Assembly: GCA_965116905.1 (NCBI GenBank)
Contig: OZ220732.1
Coordinates: 3,168,001-3,232,000, forward strand
Length of the DNA stretch: 64,000 nt
Reading direction: 5' to 3'
From: Longimicrobiales bacterium
GTDB taxonomy: Bacteria; Gemmatimonadota; Gemmatimonadetes; Longimicrobiales; Gaopeijiaceae
Shown in pieces: positions 60,378 to 64,000 of the stretch (positions within the stretch are counted from its first letter, which is position 1; the number at the start of each line of letters is the position of its first letter). The notes under the pieces were generated by a model, which saw only the letters and a list, made by a program, of their open reading frames with translations, was not told the DNA's origin and ran no database searches. Made by a program: the position numbers and the translations under genes.

Positions 60378-61583
60378 ATGGAACCTCGTCCGTCCCAACC
60401 TCGATACCGCCGACACTGGGGTATTTCTTCCCGTACGCGCTACCAGCTGGGACAGTGCGCCGCCCTGGTCACGGCGATCCGGGCGGTACCGACGCGGCCT
60501 GGAGTCGGCCGCCGCCTCGTCGACCGCGCACTGGCGCGTGGCGCCATGGCCACGACCGGCATCGCGGGAATCTCGGTCGACGAACACGCGGTTGCACGCG
60601 CAATGGCCGATCGGAGCATGCCAGACGCCCGCCTGCCCCTTTTGCGCGACGTGATGAACGTGGTCGACGCCACCGTTGCACTGCTCGACGACATCGCGGC
60701 CGGGGACGCCCGAACCGTCGACGCCCGAACCGTCGACGTCCCGACCGTCGACTCGGACCTGCTCCGGCGGGTGCACCGCATGGTCGGGGAGGGGCTGGGA
60801 GACCGCTTCGCCGCCACCCCGGGCCAATTCCGCAAGGAGAGCGCGGGCGGGCCGTACACCGCTCCGCGGGCGGACGAGGTGGACGGGCTTGTGGACGGCG
60901 TGTTGGCGTGGCTTCAAAGGGAGTTCCCCGATGGCCGCGGCGCCTTTGGCCGAGCGGTCGTGCGGGCCCTGGTCACGCACGTCTACATACTGTGGATCCG
61001 GCCATTCGGAGACGGGAACGGTCGCACGGCACGCCTGCTGGAGACCTATGTCCTCGCCGCCGCCGGCACGCCCGCGGTCGCTTCGCACCTGCTGACCGAG
61101 TTCTATGCCCAGACCCGGGACGAGTATCTTCGCCAGCTCGAACTTGCGTCCCGCGACCGCTCCCTGACCTCCTTCATCGCGTACGCGGTCGAGGGTCTCC
61201 GCGACCATCTGCAGACGTGTTTCGAGGCCGTCACGCAGGCCCACTTCGAGGCCGCGTGGCGCAGTTTCGTGACGGACAGGTTCACAGCGCGGAACTACCG
61301 TAAGAAGACCGTTTTCCGGCGCCGCCGCGACCTGATGCTCGCGATACCTATGGACCGGCCGTTCGCGATGGCCGACCTCTCCCGACTCGACCCGGAGCTC
61401 TCGGATCGCTACGGCGGGCTTTCCGCGCGGACGCGCCGGCGCGATCTGGCGGAACTGGTCGAAGCCGGGCTACTCCTGGAGTCGGACGGCGTGTTCACAG
61501 CGAACACCGACGCGCTGCGCACCCACGCCCGCTCGCCTAACCGGACTCCCGGTCCCCGGGACGCGGGAAGAACTGATCGATAA
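60378..61583 (+). CDS. Fic family protein with degenerate active site and C-terminal winged-HTH-like region
   Basis: [19 protein letters not shown] (His replaced by Arg), [18 protein letters not shown]; start 60378 or 60357. Confidence 0.85.
   Translation: MEPRPSQPRYRRHWGISSRTRYQLGQCAALVTAIRAVPTRPGVGRRLVDRALARGAMATTGIAGISVDEHAVARAMADRSMPDARLPLLRDVMNVVDATVALLDDIAAGDARTVDARTVDVPTVDSDLLRRVHRMVGEGLGDRFAATPGQFRKESAGGPYTAPRADEVDGLVDGVLAWLQREFPDGRGAFGRAVVRALVTHVYILWIRPFGDGNGRTARLLETYVLAAAGTPAVASHLLTEFYAQTRDEYLRQLELASRDRSLTSFIAYAVEGLRDHLQTCFEAVTQAHFEAAWRSFVTDRFTARNYRKKTVFRRRRDLMLAIPMDRPFAMADLSRLDPELSDRYGGLSARTRRRDLAELVEAGLLLESDGVFTANTDALRTHARSPNRTPGPRDAGRTDR
60705..60749 (+). repeat. 15-bp in-frame tandem repeat (3 copies) in the fic gene
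   Basis: GACGCCCGAACCGTC x2 + GACGTCCCGACCGTC = [15 protein letters not shown]. Confidence 0.85.
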
Positions 61584-61932
61584 GAATGGGATTGTCGTCC
61601 GGGTCCACCAGAACGATGCTGGCCGGGCCGGTTCCCTGCGGGTCCGTGTCCGTCGTGATGTCGATCCCGCCCGCAATCAGCGCCGCGCGGATATCCCTCA
61701 CATCCGTGAAATCCTCGACCCGCGAGGTGTCCTGTGCGAGACCCGGATTGAAGGTCAGGATGTTCTTGTCGAACAGGCCATGAAAAAGACCGAGAACCGT
61801 GGTCCCGTTGACCATCATCAAATACCGCTCCCCGTCGCCGCCCGTCACCGAGAATCCGAGTCTCTCGTAGAACGACCGGGAAACGGCGAGGTCCTTGACG
61901 GTGAGGCTCATCGAAAACGCGCCGAGTTGCAT
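61537..61932 (-). CDS. VOC/glyoxalase family protein
   Basis: [40 protein letters not shown]. Confidence 0.9.
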   Translation of the reverse strand: MQLGAFSMSLTVKDLAVSRSFYERLGFSVTGGDGERYLMMVNGTTVLGLFHGLFDKNILTFNPGLAQDTSRVEDFTDVRDIRAALIAGGIDITTDTDPQGTGPASIVLVDPDDNPILIDQFFPRPGDRESG

Positions 61933-61934
61933 GA

Positions 61935-62426
61935 ATGAAGATACAACATCCGCTCACCGCCGATCCGTCGCGGGCCATGGGCATCGACTACGGCACCCGC
62001 CGCATCGGCATTGCCCTGAGCGACCCGACCGGCACGCTCGCGACGCCGCTGACCACGCTCGCGCGGCGCGCCGGAAAGCGGGCGCCCATCGCGAGAATCC
62101 TGGAACTCGCCGCGAAGCACGACGTAGGGCGGTTTGTGGTGGGACTTCCCCTGCATCCGCAGGGGGGTGAGAATACATGGACCGCCGAGACCCGCGAGTT
62201 CGGGAGGCGGCTGCGGCACCGGAGCGGCCTGCCCGTCCATTTCATTGACGAGTCCTATTCATCGGCGGAAGCCGAGGCGAGGATCCGCTTCATCGGATTG
62301 AAGCGGGCGCAGAGGGAAGAAAAAGCGAGGATCGATGCCGGAGCAGCCGCGATCATCCTCCAGGACTGGCTCGACGCCCGTGCCCTGGACACACCAGAGG
62401 ATCTCGGTGGAGGGCCAGCACCGTAA
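61935..62426 (+). CDS. ruvX: YqgF/RuvX family nuclease
   Basis: [37 protein letters not shown]. Confidence 0.92.
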   Translation: MKIQHPLTADPSRAMGIDYGTRRIGIALSDPTGTLATPLTTLARRAGKRAPIARILELAAKHDVGRFVVGLPLHPQGGENTWTAETREFGRRLRHRSGLPVHFIDESYSSAEAEARIRFIGLKRAQREEKARIDAGAAAIILQDWLDARALDTPEDLGGGPAP

Positions 62427-63402
62427 CGTTCTCGCCGGCGCGGTCCTGCTCCTGGCAATCCTCGCCGCCACGCTGGCGGCCACCGCGCATCCGCGCGCAG
62501 CGGCCAGGGGCGAGGTGTTGGTCGAAATCCCTTCCGGTACGCCATTCCACGCCGTTGTCGGCATCCTCGAAGACGGGCAAGTGATCACCCGGCCCGGGCT
62601 GTTCGGCATCTACGCGCGCCTCCGTTCGCTGGACCATTCCGTCAGGGCCGGCACCTACCGGCTCCCGCGCGGCGCGAGGTTCTCCGAGGTGCACTCGGCT
62701 CTGTCGAGGGGTCGTGTCGTGACCCATCCGATGACCATCCCGGAGGGGCTCACGATCAGGGGGATGGCCGGCCGTATCGCGATGGCCGCCGGCGCCGATT
62801 CGGCGGAGGTGGCCGAAGAGCTGGCCGGGCAGGAGTTGCACGAGGCCTGGAACGTGCCCGGTCCGGGACTCGAGGGCTACCTCTTCCCGGACACCTACAG
62901 GTTCGCCGAGGGCGTGGCCCTGGAGCGGGTGGTTGCGGCCATGATCGACCGCTACCGGCGCTACTGGACGCAGGAGCGGCGTGAACGTCTCTCAGCCCTT
63001 GGCCTCTCCGAACGGGAAGCGGTCACGCTCGCCTCCATCATCCAGGCGGAGGCGACGCTCGTGTCCGAGATGCGCACGATTTCGAGCGTCTATCACAACC
63101 GGTTGCGGATCGGCATGCTGCTGCAGTCGGACCCGACTGTGCTTTACGCGCTCGGTGGCCACCGGCGCCGCCTTCTGCACGCCGCAATCGACTCGGTGGC
63201 GGACAATCCCTACAGTACCTACGCGCACCCCGGGCTGCCGCCGGGACCCATTTGTGCGCCCGGCGCCGACGCTCTCGACGCGGCGCTGGATCCCGCGGAA
63301 ACGGACTACCTGTACTTCGTCGCCGGGCCGGACAACACCCACGTCTTCACCCGGTCGTTGCGCGAGCACAACGCGGCCCGCCGACGCGTCGGGCGGCCGT
63401 AG
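62407..63402 (+). CDS. mltG: Endolytic transglycosylase MltG
   Basis: TIPEG, EGYLFPDTY, LASIIQAE, LQSDPT, GLPPGPI, YLYFVA. Confidence 0.93.
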   Translation: MEGQHRNVLAGAVLLLAILAATLAATAHPRAAARGEVLVEIPSGTPFHAVVGILEDGQVITRPGLFGIYARLRSLDHSVRAGTYRLPRGARFSEVHSALSRGRVVTHPMTIPEGLTIRGMAGRIAMAAGADSAEVAEELAGQELHEAWNVPGPGLEGYLFPDTYRFAEGVALERVVAAMIDRYRRYWTQERRERLSALGLSEREAVTLASIIQAEATLVSEMRTISSVYHNRLRIGMLLQSDPTVLYALGGHRRRLLHAAIDSVADNPYSTYAHPGLPPGPICAPGADALDAALDPAETDYLYFVAGPDNTHVFTRSLREHNAARRRVGRP

Positions 63403-63440
63403 CACACTCCACTGAACGCAGCGGCGACGGATCGCGACCG

Positions 63441-64000
63441 GTGACGACGGTGCCGAAACAGCCCCGCGCGCTGGGGCGGCGCCTGCGCCTGATCGTGATC
63501 ACGGACCGCGGTCTGGCCGAGGACCGCGGTGTGGCCGACCCCGGAACCGTGGCCGACGTTGTTGCGCGGGCCCTTCATGCCGGCGCGCCGGCCGTGCAGC
63601 TGCGGGAGAAGGCCCTGCCGCCCCGCGAGGTCCTTCCGCTCGCGCGCCGGCTCCGGGCGGACACGACACGGGCCGGGGCGTTGTTCTTCGTGAACGACCG
63701 GCTCGACCTCGCCCTGGCCGTACGAGCGGACGGAGTTCACCTGGGGCCGGACGACCTGCCGGTCGGCGCCGCGCGTGCGATCGCTCCCACCGGTTTCCTG
63801 ATCGGGTATTCGGCGGACCAGGCGGACGCCGCACGTGCCGCAGTCCGGGACGGCGCCGACTATATCGGCTGCGGTACGGTCTACCCGACCGGCACCAAGC
63901 CCGGGGCCGGCGAGACCGTAGGCACCGATGGACTTCGCCGCGTGGTCCGCGCAGTGAGCGTGCCCGTTGTGGGGATCGGCGGCGTCACCCCGGCCCGCGC
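63441..64000 (+). CDS. thiE: Thiamine phosphate synthase (runs off window end)
   Basis: Manual translation: LIVITD, VQLREK, VNDRLDLA..ADGVHLGPDD, DYIGCGTVYPTGTK, VVGIGG. Confidence 0.9.
   Translation, partial: MTTVPKQPRALGRRLRLIVITDRGLAEDRGVADPGTVADVVARALHAGAPAVQLREKALPPREVLPLARRLRADTTRAGALFFVNDRLDLALAVRADGVHLGPDDLPVGAARAIAPTGFLIGYSADQADAARAAVRDGADYIGCGTVYPTGTKPGAGETVGTDGLRRVVRAVSVPVVGIGGVTPAR

Overview
High-GC bacterial chromosome segment. Gene content and protein style suggest Gemmatimonadota, but this is inference and was not tested. Most of the window is housekeeping: a large NtrY-like sensor kinase (runs off the left edge), a TolC/MFP/two-permease exporter with bshB1, pmm/pgm, a complete nuoA-N operon with a Rex-type operator, dcd, mdh, moaDEA, HU, carA, rnhA, a 2-oxoacid dehydrogenase E1a/E1b/E2-lipB cluster, a long minus-strand run from icd to secG (pepA, yicC, gmk, rpoZ, coaBC, udg, dnaB, ispD, tsaC, aroE, comF, gap, pgk, tpiA), and ruvX-mltG-thiE. 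The standout is a ~2.6 kb minus-strand cassette (10673-13247) between pmm and bshB1. It encodes a beta-propeller lipoprotein, a coupled CxxC thioredoxin-fold lipoprotein, and three tandem, divergent 78-82 aa secreted-type peptides sharing [MF]-G-x-[LW]-x-I-C-x(3-4)-C-x(4-6)-C-C. This is a candidate undescribed disulfide-rich peptide system. Other oddities: an E1-alpha without its ThDP motif, an RNase HI with an apparently relocated catalytic Glu, a Fic protein lacking both catalytic His and inhibitory Glu, an ECF sigma plus TonB-domain anti-sigma pair inside the gap-pgk operon, a TsaC-phosphatase fusion, and a D-[ST]-[LV] repeat tract. No tRNA, rRNA, CRISPR array or transposase was found. All calls come from reading motifs by eye; no searches were run.
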